Origin: a virus
Taxonomy: Duplodnaviria > Caudoviricetes
IMG/VR virus record: IMGVR_UViG_3300021400_003144
DNA: 64,000 bases
Strand: one strand, 5' to 3'
The notes below the pieces were generated by a model. It was not told the DNA's origin. It worked only from the letters and a program-made list of their open reading frames with translations, and searched no databases. The first letter of the stretch is position 1; each line of letters opens with the position of its first letter. Of this stretch, positions 10,793-20,298 are shown one piece after another. The position numbers and the translations under genes were made by a program.

Positions 10793-11725
10793 ATGTATAT
10801 GTTTGAGGACATAAGCGAAGATATTGAATCTATTAATAAATTTAGGAATCTTAACTATGATAGAAATAGTGTAGAAAAGGCTTATACTAAATATGTAAAT
10901 AGTAGTACAGCTGAGAATGATGGTGAAATACAATTCTATGCTATAGAAGAAGCTAAAGTAATAAAGATAGGTAATATAGAAAATAGTGGAGTACCTATAA
11001 GAGAAAATTTAGAGCTTTTGTATTATGATTATATATCAGTTAAGAATACAGGTAGTATTGCTGTTGGGAACTTTACAGCTATGAGTTCCAGAAATGACAT
11101 TGACGACAATGAAGTTGACTGGTATGGATTAAATGTGACACTTAGTGATGTAGTCGAGACTATAGACTTATCAGATTTGAAATGTGATGGGAAATTGTTT
11201 ATAGTAAGATTGTTCAGATGTAAGAACTTTAAGAACATAATATATCCAAAAGATGCAAATATTAATGTTAAGGTTATAAATGAGAAGTATCTTGTATCAT
11301 ATATGTTGGACTTTGAAGAGTTTACAGAGTTTCAGCCTAATGGATATTTAACAGTTCCAATAGGAACATATAAGCAGCCTTGCTTAGAAGATAAGAATTT
11401 AGGTTTAAAGGGTTATCTGTTAATAAAATATGATAACATAGGCGATAAGATAGACGATATAGGATTTATTGATGGAGACTTAAAAGATGGAACAAATGAG
11501 CTAATAGGCGGTATGCAATACACTATAGAGAATGATTGTGAATATGGAAATTGCACGTGTAAAGAATCTATAGACTATGGTGCTCATTTAGATATATATG
11601 ATTTAGTACAGAATGATTATAAAACAAGCACTAATAGAATATTAGATAATGTAAATAAGCTGATTGATAAATTATTAAGTGATGAAGATTTTAAGCAGGC
11701 AGTTATAAATTATAAAGGATTATGA
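10793..11725 (+). CDS. Hypothetical protein
   Basis: Long ORF; ATG chosen after GGAGG at ~10783; followed by a terminator. Confidence 0.8.
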   Translation: MYMFEDISEDIESINKFRNLNYDRNSVEKAYTKYVNSSTAENDGEIQFYAIEEAKVIKIGNIENSGVPIRENLELLYYDYISVKNTGSIAVGNFTAMSSRNDIDDNEVDWYGLNVTLSDVVETIDLSDLKCDGKLFIVRLFRCKNFKNIIYPKDANINVKVINEKYLVSYMLDFEEFTEFQPNGYLTVPIGTYKQPCLEDKNLGLKGYLLIKYDNIGDKIDDIGFIDGDLKDGTNELIGGMQYTIENDCEYGNCTCKESIDYGAHLDIYDLVQNDYKTSTNRILDNVNKLIDKLLSDEDFKQAVINYKGL

Positions 11726-11727
11726 AT

Positions 11728-11766
11728 AAATAGGGATAGGTTGTAAATAGACCTATCCCTATTTTT
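11728..11766 (+). terminator. Intrinsic terminator
   Basis: aaatagggataggt...acctatccctattttt. Confidence 0.85.
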
Positions 11767-11824
11767 ATGAATGAGTTTAAAGGCATATAAGAGTAAATAA
11801 ATAGAAAAATTTTTAATTTTAGTA

Positions 11825-11853
11825 TTGAAAATTTATAAATTAAGTGTTATTAT
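11825..11853 (+). promoter_or_regulatory. SigmaA-type extended -10 promoter
   Basis: TTGAAA-N17-TATTAT with TGn. Confidence 0.7.
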
Positions 11854-11873
11854 ATAGAAGTGAGGTAAGGATA

Positions 11874-12827
11874 ATGAGAGATATTGATAGAGTAAGAAGG
11901 GCAATAGCAAGAAGAAATAGTAACTATGATGTTTGGAATACACTATATGGATATGTATGTGCAATAAGTTTAGCTTATGTTTGTACAATGGGAATACTAA
12001 GTATGCATAATGGTATGGAAAAGATGCTTAGTGTTGAGAGGTATTCTGTAAGCCAGGAGCTTGTAAATAGAGTGGCTGAAGATGCTGAAAAGGTATTCAG
12101 AGCTAATGAAGCAACTGGTGAGACAGTGGAGCTTCCAATAGTATCAATTACTGATTCTTATGTTTCACCTTTTGGAGCTACTAAATTTGAGGTTAGTAGA
12201 GATTTAGAATTTGAGGACGTTTCAGAAGATTTGAGTAGAGCAGATATACTAGCTGAAATATATAAGCCAGAAGTTATTGATGAAAGAATTGAAGCATTAC
12301 TTGATGCTGATGGAACTATAGTAGTTGAGAATAATCCATTTGGAAAAATAAATGGTGCAACTGGAATTTATTATGATTTAAGTGATGCTGAAATTACTCA
12401 GATAGCTAGATTATGTACTCAGGAACAAGGATATAGTGTAGATGGTGTTCAGGCAGAGGCTTCATTGATGCTGAATAGATATGAAAAGCATGGAAGCGAG
12501 TACAGTAGTCTAATGAGTTATATTCGTAATAGTGGTTGGTGGAGCAACTCAGATTATTACATGGATAATGGTAAAACTACTGATGAACTTGTAGAAGCTG
12601 TTAGAGAGGTAGTTAATGGAGATAGATTCTTTCCAGCTAATGTTGATGAGCATGATTGTTTGAGAGATATTATAAGCGTAAGCAATAATGGAGTTGAGTT
12701 TGACGTTTATGATAAGTCTCAGTACATTAGTGGTGTAACTAAGATAAGGAATAGATACCATAGTGTGTATACTTTCTATACATTCCCTACTGAGAAGTCT
12801 GACCCATTTGGAATGATAGAAGCATAA
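11874..12827 (+). CDS. Membrane-anchored SleB/Hydrolase_2-like cell wall hydrolase
   Basis: N-terminal TM helix; LSDAEITQIARLCTQEQG...AEASLMLNR resembles the SleB catalytic helix and NR motif; ATG after GAGGTAAGG. Confidence 0.6.
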   Translation: MRDIDRVRRAIARRNSNYDVWNTLYGYVCAISLAYVCTMGILSMHNGMEKMLSVERYSVSQELVNRVAEDAEKVFRANEATGETVELPIVSITDSYVSPFGATKFEVSRDLEFEDVSEDLSRADILAEIYKPEVIDERIEALLDADGTIVVENNPFGKINGATGIYYDLSDAEITQIARLCTQEQGYSVDGVQAEASLMLNRYEKHGSEYSSLMSYIRNSGWWSNSDYYMDNGKTTDELVEAVREVVNGDRFFPANVDEHDCLRDIISVSNNGVEFDVYDKSQYISGVTKIRNRYHSVYTFYTFPTEKSDPFGMIEA

Positions 12828-12877
12828 AAATAAGAAGGCGTCGCGAATAAAAATATATAAGGATATATTAAAGAGTA

Positions 12878-12922
12878 AATGACATTAGGGGAGTTGAAGA
12901 AGCTTTTCTAATGTCATTTTTT
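12878..12922 (+). terminator. Intrinsic terminator
   Basis: aatgacattag...ctaatgtcattttt. Confidence 0.75.
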
Positions 12923-12953
12923 ATTAGAAGTCTAAAAATAATTTAAAAATATA

Positions 12954-12982
12954 TTGATTTTTATATAAAATAGTGTTATTAT
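12954..12982 (+). promoter_or_regulatory. SigmaA-type extended -10 promoter
   Basis: TTGATT-N17-TATTAT with TGn. Confidence 0.7.
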
Positions 12983-13028
12983 ATATTTAGTTGATATAGG
13001 TGGATATTTTATTTATTGAGGTTTAAAT

Positions 13029-13571
13029 ATGGGAAATGTAACATTTAAAGAAGTAAATAAGGCATTCAGAGATCTGAGAGTTTTGTATATTTTAGGTAGC
13101 AATCTTAAGAGTTTTAAAGATTATGAGCGTAATATGATTAAGGTTGACATTAAGGAATTGAAAGAGGACTTCAATGAGTTTGTAAGGAAGTTCCTGTATG
13201 ATACACCTTTAGCAGGATGTTCATTTGAGATAGAAGGATATGGCTATGATACTGTGCAGGCTATATTTAAGACAAGATACAATGATAAGTATAAGATATA
13301 CTTTCAGATGTTCATTGATATAGATGAAGATACAGGAGAAATATATGCTATATCTTTTGGTATAGGAAGTAATATCACTGATAATGGTGAGGAGGTTTAT
13401 ATAGAGAAACGTATAGACAAGGATTTTGATAAGAATCTAGCTAAGGCACCTCAGGTTATAACAAGTATATACAATAAGTTTGTAAAGGCTTGGGAAAAAG
13501 ACAATCTACAATACTTAAAGGACAAGGAGTACAAAGGGTTAAGCATTACATATATGGATGAAGATTTTTAA
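13029..13571 (+). CDS. Hypothetical protein
   Basis: 180-aa ORF, GAGGT RBS, downstream of promoter. Confidence 0.8.
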   Translation: MGNVTFKEVNKAFRDLRVLYILGSNLKSFKDYERNMIKVDIKELKEDFNEFVRKFLYDTPLAGCSFEIEGYGYDTVQAIFKTRYNDKYKIYFQMFIDIDEDTGEIYAISFGIGSNITDNGEEVYIEKRIDKDFDKNLAKAPQVITSIYNKFVKAWEKDNLQYLKDKEYKGLSITYMDEDF

Positions 13572-13655
13572 GAGTGACTCTTTTATTTAGACTAAACTAT
13601 GTTATAAAGTGAAAAATATTAATTGGGTTTATGGCATAAAAGTAGAGGTAGACTC

Positions 13656-13823
13656 ATGAAACATAACTATTATATTGAATTTGGTTCTCAATTAAATGAG
13701 CAATACTCATTACAAAATGGAAATATGGTTTCTGAAACACCCAAAGAAGCTTTAGAGAGGTACTTAACAGATTATACTATTACATCTATAAAAAAGGTAA
13801 ATAACAAATATCATGAGATATAG
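13656..13823 (+). CDS. Small hypothetical protein, possibly a truncated remnant
   Basis: ATG after GAGGT; an out-of-frame tail (DIVNEAKDLYPNGKRFRQILKEFI*) abuts the next gene. Confidence 0.45.
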   Translation: MKHNYYIEFGSQLNEQYSLQNGNMVSETPKEALERYLTDYTITSIKKVNNKYHEI

Positions 13824-13890
13824 TTAATGAAGCAAAAGACTTATATCCTAATGGAAAACGCTTTAGGCAAATATTAAAGGAGTTTATATA

Positions 13891-14298
13891 ATGTTTAGTT
13901 CATCATTAAATAGAGAATGTGATACACTAGGTAACTGTTTTGTATTAGCAGGTCAGGATGGTTGGGATACAAAAGACTTTGTAAATAAGCTTTTCAAAAC
14001 AAGTTGGGGTAAAAATATATTAACAGGTAAAGCAGTAAATGAATATGCTTGTGACACCTTTATGTATGAGGGGCTGAAGCGAGAGTGTAAGAAAAAAGAT
14101 GGCACAGTACTACCTAAGCAAGTATTATGGTTCTGCGGTTATTTATATAGATATTTGGCAGCCAATACAAATATTAAACCATCACAGATATATAAGATAG
14201 CAAAAGTAGACTTATTAAATAATCGCTGGGGTTTTTACCATACTCAAGACTGGGAATATATCAAAGAAGATTTATTGAGTGGATATAAATCAGAATAG
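13891..14298 (+). CDS. Protein resembling the putative antitoxin partner found beside DUF3990 genes
   Basis: LWFCGYLYRYLA...PSQIYKIA...FYHTQD resembles the (W)xGYIYRYW...SKxIYK...YHxxD family; from recall, not searched. Confidence 0.55.
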   Translation: MFSSSLNRECDTLGNCFVLAGQDGWDTKDFVNKLFKTSWGKNILTGKAVNEYACDTFMYEGLKRECKKKDGTVLPKQVLWFCGYLYRYLAANTNIKPSQIYKIAKVDLLNNRWGFYHTQDWEYIKEDLLSGYKSE

Positions 14299-14448
14299 CA
14301 ACATATAGCAATACCATAAAAGGACATGTACATAGCAATCAGTTCTTTTATAAAGTGAAAAAGAAATTATGTTTGATATTATACTACTCTTTAGATAATA
14401 GCATACTATCTAAAAACATTTTCAATGCATTATAGGTGGGTAATATTT

Positions 14449-14688
14449 ATGACTAGTACTAATACTGAGACATTAGCTGGATTGACATATCTGTATGATT
14501 TGTATATTAATGAGATATGCAAGCGTAGAAATATAGGCTGGGATGAATTTAAGGTACTTAATCAAAAATATGGCATACTTAATACAATAACCAAGTTCAG
14601 TGAAGAGTTTAATGAGTGGGATATAGAGGATGGTATGAAATATTTTGATAAATATGTATTTAAGGATGAAAGAAATGTTTACAGCTGA
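14449..14688 (+). CDS. DUF3791-like small helical protein
   Basis: YINEICKRRNI...LNQKYGILNTI...IEDGMKYFDKYV pattern and size. Confidence 0.45.
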   Translation: MTSTNTETLAGLTYLYDLYINEICKRRNIGWDEFKVLNQKYGILNTITKFSEEFNEWDIEDGMKYFDKYVFKDERNVYS

Positions 14689-14842
14689 GCAGTTAAGCAA
14701 ATTATCACTTGAAGAACTTGAAAAACTATACAGAGAAACACCAGAACCAGAAGTACCTACATTAAAAGAACTCGAAAATATGAATGTAGGCATATATGAT
14801 GAAAAAGGTAAGCTAATAGGTGAACTTGAAGAAATCAGATAA
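14675..14842 (+). CDS. Small acidic hypothetical protein
   Basis: Overlaps the previous stop; followed by a terminator; start uncertain (14645-14675). Confidence 0.6.
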   Translation: MFTAEQLSKLSLEELEKLYRETPEPEVPTLKELENMNVGIYDEKGKLIGELEEIR

Positions 14843-14846
14843 CTTA

Positions 14847-14884
14847 AAAATAACACTAGTTGAATAAGCTAGTGTTATTTTTTT
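14847..14884 (+). terminator. Intrinsic terminator
   Basis: aaaataacactag...ctagtgttattttttt. Confidence 0.8.
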
Positions 14885-14959
14885 ATTTGAAAATACTTCT
14901 AATAGTATAAATGTAGATTTTAATTTTAAATTAGTTTATTATTTATAGGAGATATAATC

Positions 14960-16576
14960 ATGGGTAAGATTGAAGATTATTTAATGGATACAGCAAATTG
15001 GAAAAAGACTCATAAGAAGAAGTATGATGTCTATGTTTGTATGCCAAATGATGGCACAGTAGTTGAGAACTTCTTAAAAGGAGCTAAGTATACCACTAAT
15101 CAGAACACTCCATTTGTATTAAGTGGTACTGTTGGAGAACAGTGGGTTATAGACTTTAAGGAGTTAGCTAAGACATATACTTTTGCTGATGGTACTGAGA
15201 TAAATGAAGTAAATTTAAAGAATAAAATGCAAGGTGGTACACTTCCTTGGATTAAGCTGACAACTAGAGCAGATGCAGGAACAGTATGGAGTTGCCATTT
15301 ACCTACAAGTGTTAAGAATTACCCTATAAAGACATCTCGGGGAGCTGTATTACAGGCTAATAGAGATGGAGTTAAGCATGGATATGGTGATTTTATCATG
15401 GCTTCTGATAATGGTGGAGCACCTAATTTAAAGGATGTATGGGTAGTTAATGGTATAATATTCCCTAGAACATATGACCTTCATGCTTATGCTAATAAGT
15501 TCCCAGATAGTGTAACAAATGCAGAAACAGTTGTTCCAAAGCCTTTAGCTAGTGGTAATGCAGCTGAGCAGGTTTTACCTAAGATATACAAATGGTTTAA
15601 GAGTAACTTTGAGAGTAGAGCACAGGTAAAATTATTAAATAATCAGGTTGATGATTCAATAAGTCCTAAGATTGAAGTTAAAGTCAATGATAAAGTATCC
15701 GGACAGTACTTTATGTCAGTTGATGAGGATGGAAAGGTTGATGCAGAGTTCTGGATTACAGGACCTGCTTATGATAAATTTAGTGAGGGTGGATTCTTAT
15801 TTACTACACATGATATAGATGTACCTACTGGACCTAAAGATGACTGGATTGAATTTAGAGACCATATATTACTTCGCATGAATGAGGCAAGTAAGAAACA
15901 GAAGAGAGATTTATATGATGCAAATAAGATTGCAAAGGCTTTAAGTGCTAGAGGTCATAGAATTGGTAAGATAGTTGATGATACTAATGATAACTCAGTA
16001 TCATTCAAGTTTGATAATGGTAAGTATGGCGTAATGGTCAGAGATGATGCCAATGCTGGTACATTTTTATCATTATTTGGAACAAATGAGAGCAATGAGT
16101 TTGTAGAAATACTTGGTTTCTTCTTAGATGATTCTGGAATAGAAGATGCTGTTGATAAGATACATAATGTAGCAAGTGGTAGTGCAAAAGGTAAAGATGT
16201 AGTACAGAGAGCTTATAATGAGACTAAGGGTTATTATGATAGCATATATGTAGATGGAAAAGACGTAGACGAATTTGATAATGACTCTTATGCACAGAAT
16301 TGTAAGTATGCTTATCAGGCTATGCAGAAAGCATTTGGAACTAGAGGATTTGAGATAAGCAATCCTAACTTCAGTGCTTGTGATACTGAGGATGCTTTGG
16401 AAGTATTCAGAATATACAAGATAGGTAAGAGTGATGCTCAGGTAATAGTTATGAATCAGGAGCTTGTGTATGCACGTGATGGCGAGGGTATTATAGATTC
16501 AATACCATTACCTGATAGACATAATAAGAATGACTGGAAGGCAGCTCTTAGTTGGATAGTAAAAGTATTGAAGTAA
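14960..16576 (+). CDS. Hypothetical protein with N-terminal PGDYG-like beta domains
   Basis: FVLSGTVGEQWVIDFKELAKTY and GDFIM...VWVVNGIIFPRTYD; AGGAG RBS. Confidence 0.6.
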   Translation: MGKIEDYLMDTANWKKTHKKKYDVYVCMPNDGTVVENFLKGAKYTTNQNTPFVLSGTVGEQWVIDFKELAKTYTFADGTEINEVNLKNKMQGGTLPWIKLTTRADAGTVWSCHLPTSVKNYPIKTSRGAVLQANRDGVKHGYGDFIMASDNGGAPNLKDVWVVNGIIFPRTYDLHAYANKFPDSVTNAETVVPKPLASGNAAEQVLPKIYKWFKSNFESRAQVKLLNNQVDDSISPKIEVKVNDKVSGQYFMSVDEDGKVDAEFWITGPAYDKFSEGGFLFTTHDIDVPTGPKDDWIEFRDHILLRMNEASKKQKRDLYDANKIAKALSARGHRIGKIVDDTNDNSVSFKFDNGKYGVMVRDDANAGTFLSLFGTNESNEFVEILGFFLDDSGIEDAVDKIHNVASGSAKGKDVVQRAYNETKGYYDSIYVDGKDVDEFDNDSYAQNCKYAYQAMQKAFGTRGFEISNPNFSACDTEDALEVFRIYKIGKSDAQVIVMNQELVYARDGEGIIDSIPLPDRHNKNDWKAALSWIVKVLK

Positions 16577-16611
16577 TAAGAATAGAGCATAAAGCATAGA
16601 AGATTAAGATT

Positions 16612-16640
16612 AAGCACCTATAGAAATATAGGTGCTTTTT
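16612..16640 (+). terminator. Intrinsic terminator
   Basis: aagcacctata gaaa tataggtgcttttt. Confidence 0.85.
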
Positions 16641-16664
16641 ATTGTAAATATTTTTAAAAACTAC

Positions 16665-16693
16665 TTGAAATTTAGAGTAATTTGTGATATAAT
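16665..16693 (+). promoter_or_regulatory. SigmaA-type extended -10 promoter
   Basis: TTGAAA-N17-TATAAT with TGn. Confidence 0.75.
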
Positions 16694-16725
16694 ATATTTA
16701 AGTTAAATAAATAAGGGGAGCTGAT

Positions 16726-16917
16726 ATGATAAAGATAATGTTTCATGGAAAGGATAATAAGGCATATAGACATATATGTAAGTCATGTGAATGTGACTTC
16801 TTATATAATAAGTGTGACCTTGAGGATGATAGGTGTGGCTATAGTTATATAAAGTGTCCAGAGTGTGGACATCGTGACTATAACATTGACAATGATAAAG
16901 GAAGTTGTATGCACTAA
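16726..16917 (+). CDS. Small zinc-ribbon protein
   Basis: CKSC...CPECG; AAGGGGAG RBS. Confidence 0.75.
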   Translation: MIKIMFHGKDNKAYRHICKSCECDFLYNKCDLEDDRCGYSYIKCPECGHRDYNIDNDKGSCMH

Positions 16918-16958
16918 AGAGTTAATATAGATATGATAAATAAAATGGAGGAACTGTA

Positions 16959-17441
16959 ATGAAGAAGTTTTTGTTAGGAAGTTTATTAGGATACGTTGTT
17001 GGAACAGTAGCAGGTATCATTGTATATGATAAGTCTCTTAAAGAGGACCTTAATGATGGTAAGTGTTCATGTGTAAAGAATGCTAAGTCAGATGGATGTA
17101 CACATAGTTGCGGAAATGACCCAGACTTTGTACAGGAAGATTATTCCTTAGATACATATAAGAGATTTGAGAGTCAGATGGGTCTTTATCCTGGAGCTAA
17201 GATTAAGCATTTCAAGCGTGACCTTTTTCCTTATAAGGATGATGATAAGAAATATCTTTACATTTATGATGGACTTGCAGTCTCTACAGAAGATGGTGAG
17301 ACTAAGCTTTGTATCTACCATGAGGATAAGGACTTTGGTAAGACTTGGGTAAGACCAGCTCTTGAGTTCTTTGGGGATGTAGATGAAAAGAAGTATCCAG
17401 AGCTTAAAGGCAAGAAGAGGTTTGAGGTTGTAAGAGCATAA
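16959..17441 (+). CDS. DUF1653 domain protein with N-terminal TM helix
   Basis: KHFK...YLY...A.STE..KLCIY...WVRPALEFFGDVDEKKYP...RFE. Confidence 0.8.
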   Translation: MKKFLLGSLLGYVVGTVAGIIVYDKSLKEDLNDGKCSCVKNAKSDGCTHSCGNDPDFVQEDYSLDTYKRFESQMGLYPGAKIKHFKRDLFPYKDDDKKYLYIYDGLAVSTEDGETKLCIYHEDKDFGKTWVRPALEFFGDVDEKKYPELKGKKRFEVVRA

Positions 17442-17543
17442 TAATACTGAGAATGTTATTTAAGGTCTGTGTATAATTAGTGAAAGTTCTATGGAAGTGT
17501 AATCTATACAGTAGAGAAAGAGAATGAAAGCAATTAGTTTGAT

Positions 17544-17984
17544 ATGGAAGGACATAGCATAGGATACTATTTAGAGTTGAAAGAGATTGAGTATAGAAAA
17601 TATCCAGAGTATAATACAAGAGTTCCTTGTGCTTGTATAGTTCGTACAGCTAATATATGTTATGAAGGCAATGTTATAGGTACAGTATCTGAGGAAAAGA
17701 ACGATGCTGATGAATTTGACTGGGCAATTAAGATAGATTGGGATGCTTGGGAAAAAGCTGGTAGACCACCTATAAGTGGAATAGATACAAGTACTAGAAA
17801 AGAAGAGTATATAACACAATATGATAATGATTTTATAGCTGAAAGAACTGTAGATGGAGATCATTATAAAATACAAGATAAACTTGAAGCTGTTGGGTTA
17901 AAGTGGAATGATAAGTTTGAATACATGTGTAGGACACATGGTTTATGTGAATCAAGTAAATTAACAATAGAGAGGCAGACATGA
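17544..17984 (+). CDS. Hypothetical protein resembling HipA N-terminal/HipS-like domains
   Basis: FIAERTV...KLEAVGLKWNDKFEYMCRTHG...LTI resembles the F..R.......L...GL..YD......T.G pattern. Confidence 0.45.
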   Translation: MEGHSIGYYLELKEIEYRKYPEYNTRVPCACIVRTANICYEGNVIGTVSEEKNDADEFDWAIKIDWDAWEKAGRPPISGIDTSTRKEEYITQYDNDFIAERTVDGDHYKIQDKLEAVGLKWNDKFEYMCRTHGLCESSKLTIERQT

Positions 17985-18022
17985 CAAATTTAGAAGCATA
18001 TGAAAGATACAATAGTATCTAA
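17981..18022 (+). pseudogene. Truncated copy of the 5' end of ORF 18401
   Basis: MTNLEAYERYNSI* versus MTNIEAYERYAG; shared tagaagcatatgaaagata. Confidence 0.6.
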
Positions 18023-18041
18023 ATGAATTGAGGTGTAATAA

Positions 18042-18215
18042 TTGGGTACTTCAGAGAGAAAGTGTGATACTTGTAGGTTTAGGGGAATAGACAGGTTTGG
18101 TGATTTCTGTGACAATCCTAGAAATGAAAGAGAATATGGATTGAGGTCTGTATATGGTTGGTGTGAGTTCTATGATAAAAATACTAAGGCTAAGACTAAA
18201 AATACTAAAGGCTAG
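18042..18215 (+). CDS. Small Cys-rich protein (57 aa, below ORF-track cutoff)
   Basis: GAGGTG RBS, TTG start; MGTSERKCDTCRF...FCDNP...WCEFYDK. Confidence 0.65.
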   Translation: MGTSERKCDTCRFRGIDRFGDFCDNPRNEREYGLRSVYGWCEFYDKNTKAKTKNTKG

Positions 18216-18280
18216 TAGGGTTAAGCAATAAGCGTTAAGCGATAATAGGGATCATTTAAAATAAAATATGAAATTAAGTT

Positions 18281-18315
18281 AAAGGGTCATTATAGTTAAA
18301 TATAATGACCCTTTT
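18281..18315 (+). terminator. Intrinsic terminator
   Basis: aaagggtcattata...tataatgaccctttt. Confidence 0.8.
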
Positions 18316-18400
18316 ATTATGTGCTTTGGTAATATTAAAGGACATACAAATAATAGGGTGTATAAATGAATTTGTTTAATTTTATGGGGGTGGGCATGGT

Positions 18401-18778
18401 ATGACTAACATAGAAGCATATGAAAGATATGCAGGGCTAAGATATGCCATTGAAAGTTTAGCATCATATCTTTTAATTGAGGTAGAAGATACTATTAGAA
18501 AACTGGGTGTTGGATATAGCAGAGAAAATCCAGTAGGAATTGTTAAGAAGTACTATAAGAGTCATAGTATAGACAGCATAGATAATGGAAGTGGCAAAGA
18601 TGGGTTGATAGAGATTGTAAATATTTATATAAATGCTGTTAAGACTAAGTCAGATATAAACATAAATGTATCTGAGTATGTGGATAAGTGGCTCAATGAA
18701 GAAACTTATTTTGACACTGACTATGCAGAAAAAGCTCTTGCTGATAAGGATAGTCAGGGAAATTATGTTGATGTATAA
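18401..18778 (+). CDS. Hypothetical protein
   Basis: 125-aa ORF. Confidence 0.8.
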   Translation: MTNIEAYERYAGLRYAIESLASYLLIEVEDTIRKLGVGYSRENPVGIVKKYYKSHSIDSIDNGSGKDGLIEIVNIYINAVKTKSDININVSEYVDKWLNEETYFDTDYAEKALADKDSQGNYVDV

Positions 18779-18789
18779 AGAGGTACAGT

Positions 18790-19176
18790 ATGACTAAAGA
18801 AGAGATTATAAAGAGTTTAACAGAAGAGGCTAATTATTTTGAAAGATTAGCAAATGGTTTATTTTATAAAAATGAAAATAATCCTAAATGGGTTGAGTTC
18901 ACAACTAAAGTAAATAGAGATAGAGACATTGTAAGACTACTTGAAAACAGTGTCGAAAGAGAAGAAGCTAGCTGGGTTTATAATAAGGATGGAGTTGATT
19001 GGGGTATACCTTCTTGGGATTGTAGTAAGTGCAAGTGTAAAAATGATATGATACCTGCATTAGTAAGACAGCATAATGGTAAAGCTAGTGTAGTCACTAA
19101 TCCATTTGCATGGGCTGGAAGTAAGTTCTGTCCTAACTGTGGAGCTGTAATGAAAGGTGTTATAAGAGCAGATTAA
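18790..19176 (+). CDS. Phage-type protein with C-terminal zinc ribbon
   Basis: CSKC...KFCPNCGAVM. Confidence 0.8.
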   Translation: MTKEEIIKSLTEEANYFERLANGLFYKNENNPKWVEFTTKVNRDRDIVRLLENSVEREEASWVYNKDGVDWGIPSWDCSKCKCKNDMIPALVRQHNGKASVVTNPFAWAGSKFCPNCGAVMKGVIRAD

Positions 19177-19185
19177 GATGCATGG

Positions 19186-19554
19186 GTGTTAAAAATGAGT
19201 GAATGTGATAAAGTATTTTATAAATGTTCTATTGCCATGGGTGTAGCTGTAGTATTAATGACTGCTATAGCATTTATTTTTATTAATCATATGAGGGATG
19301 AGCTTACACAGATGAATGTTAAGCAAGAGGCTTTTTATGATGAAGTTGACAATAAAATTGACAATGGATACAAAGTATTTATTGATGGGTCAGAAATTGA
19401 TGGTGACAGCATAGATGTTAGACTGTATGAAGTTAAATGTTCTGATGAAAAGAAGTCAGTATATCTTACAAAGAAGCGTGATATTACTTATAATGTCAAC
19501 AATAATAGAAGATATAATGCAGTAATACCTTATGGGGGTATGTTTATATATTGA
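19186..19554 (+). CDS. Membrane-anchored hypothetical protein
   Basis: N-terminal hydrophobic helix. Confidence 0.75.
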   Translation: MLKMSECDKVFYKCSIAMGVAVVLMTAIAFIFINHMRDELTQMNVKQEAFYDEVDNKIDNGYKVFIDGSEIDGDSIDVRLYEVKCSDEKKSVYLTKKRDITYNVNNNRRYNAVIPYGGMFIY

Positions 19555-19574
19555 GATTGTGGAGCATATAAGAG

Positions 19575-20267
19575 ATGAAAATATCAGATAAGATAAAAGG
19601 TGAGATTATTGATTGGATAGAAGTCATTATAATTTCAGCTATAATAGTCTTTATATCAAATAACTACGTTATAGCTAATCAAATAGTACCTACAGGTTCT
19701 ATGGAAAGCACTATTATGGCAGGGAGTAAAGTAGTAGGTTCCAGGTTAACATATAAGTTAGGAGATGTAGATAGGGGAGATGTAGTACAGTTTGTATATG
19801 GATATACATGTAAGAATGATGGTGAGATATATAGAGAAAATGATGAACATGCTTGTCCTATTTGTGGTAGAGCAGATAAAGATAATACAGAAGTGTATTA
19901 TTTAAAGAGAGTCATAGGATTACCTGGTGACCATGTAGAGATTAAGCAGACTGGAACATGTAAATCTTCTGAAATTAAGAGTATACATATAAAAGATGGA
20001 ATTGATGTTCCAGTTGGAACACTGTACATTAATGGACAAGCTATAGAGGAAATGTATTTAACTGAACCAATGATAGTAGATGGTTATAAATATCCAGAGA
20101 TAGACATAGTTGTTCCTGAAGGACACTATTATATGTTAGGAGATAACAGAAATAATTCATTTGATGCAAGATATTGGGGTAAATACAATATGGTTTCAAA
20201 AGATAAGCTTGTATCTAAGATTGTGTTTAAATACTGGCCTCTAAATAATGTAGGTTTGGTTCATTAA
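19575..20267 (+). CDS. lepB: Signal peptidase I (S26) with a Cys-rich insertion
   Basis: TM helix; VPTGSMESTI (Ser), YLKRVIGLPGD (Lys), MLGDNRNNSFDARYWG. Confidence 0.93.
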   Translation: MKISDKIKGEIIDWIEVIIISAIIVFISNNYVIANQIVPTGSMESTIMAGSKVVGSRLTYKLGDVDRGDVVQFVYGYTCKNDGEIYRENDEHACPICGRADKDNTEVYYLKRVIGLPGDHVEIKQTGTCKSSEIKSIHIKDGIDVPVGTLYINGQAIEEMYLTEPMIVDGYKYPEIDIVVPEGHYYMLGDNRNNSFDARYWGKYNMVSKDKLVSKIVFKYWPLNNVGLVH

Positions 20268-20298
20268 ATAAATTTTAAAGAAAGGTAGAAGAATATGT

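Noticed and set aside
13821-13823. Possible TAG stop-codon reassignment as in some gut phages
   Set aside because: Code 11 already gives dense coding with ORFs up to 1914 aa, and TAG ends genes sensibly (31350, 39421, 60332).
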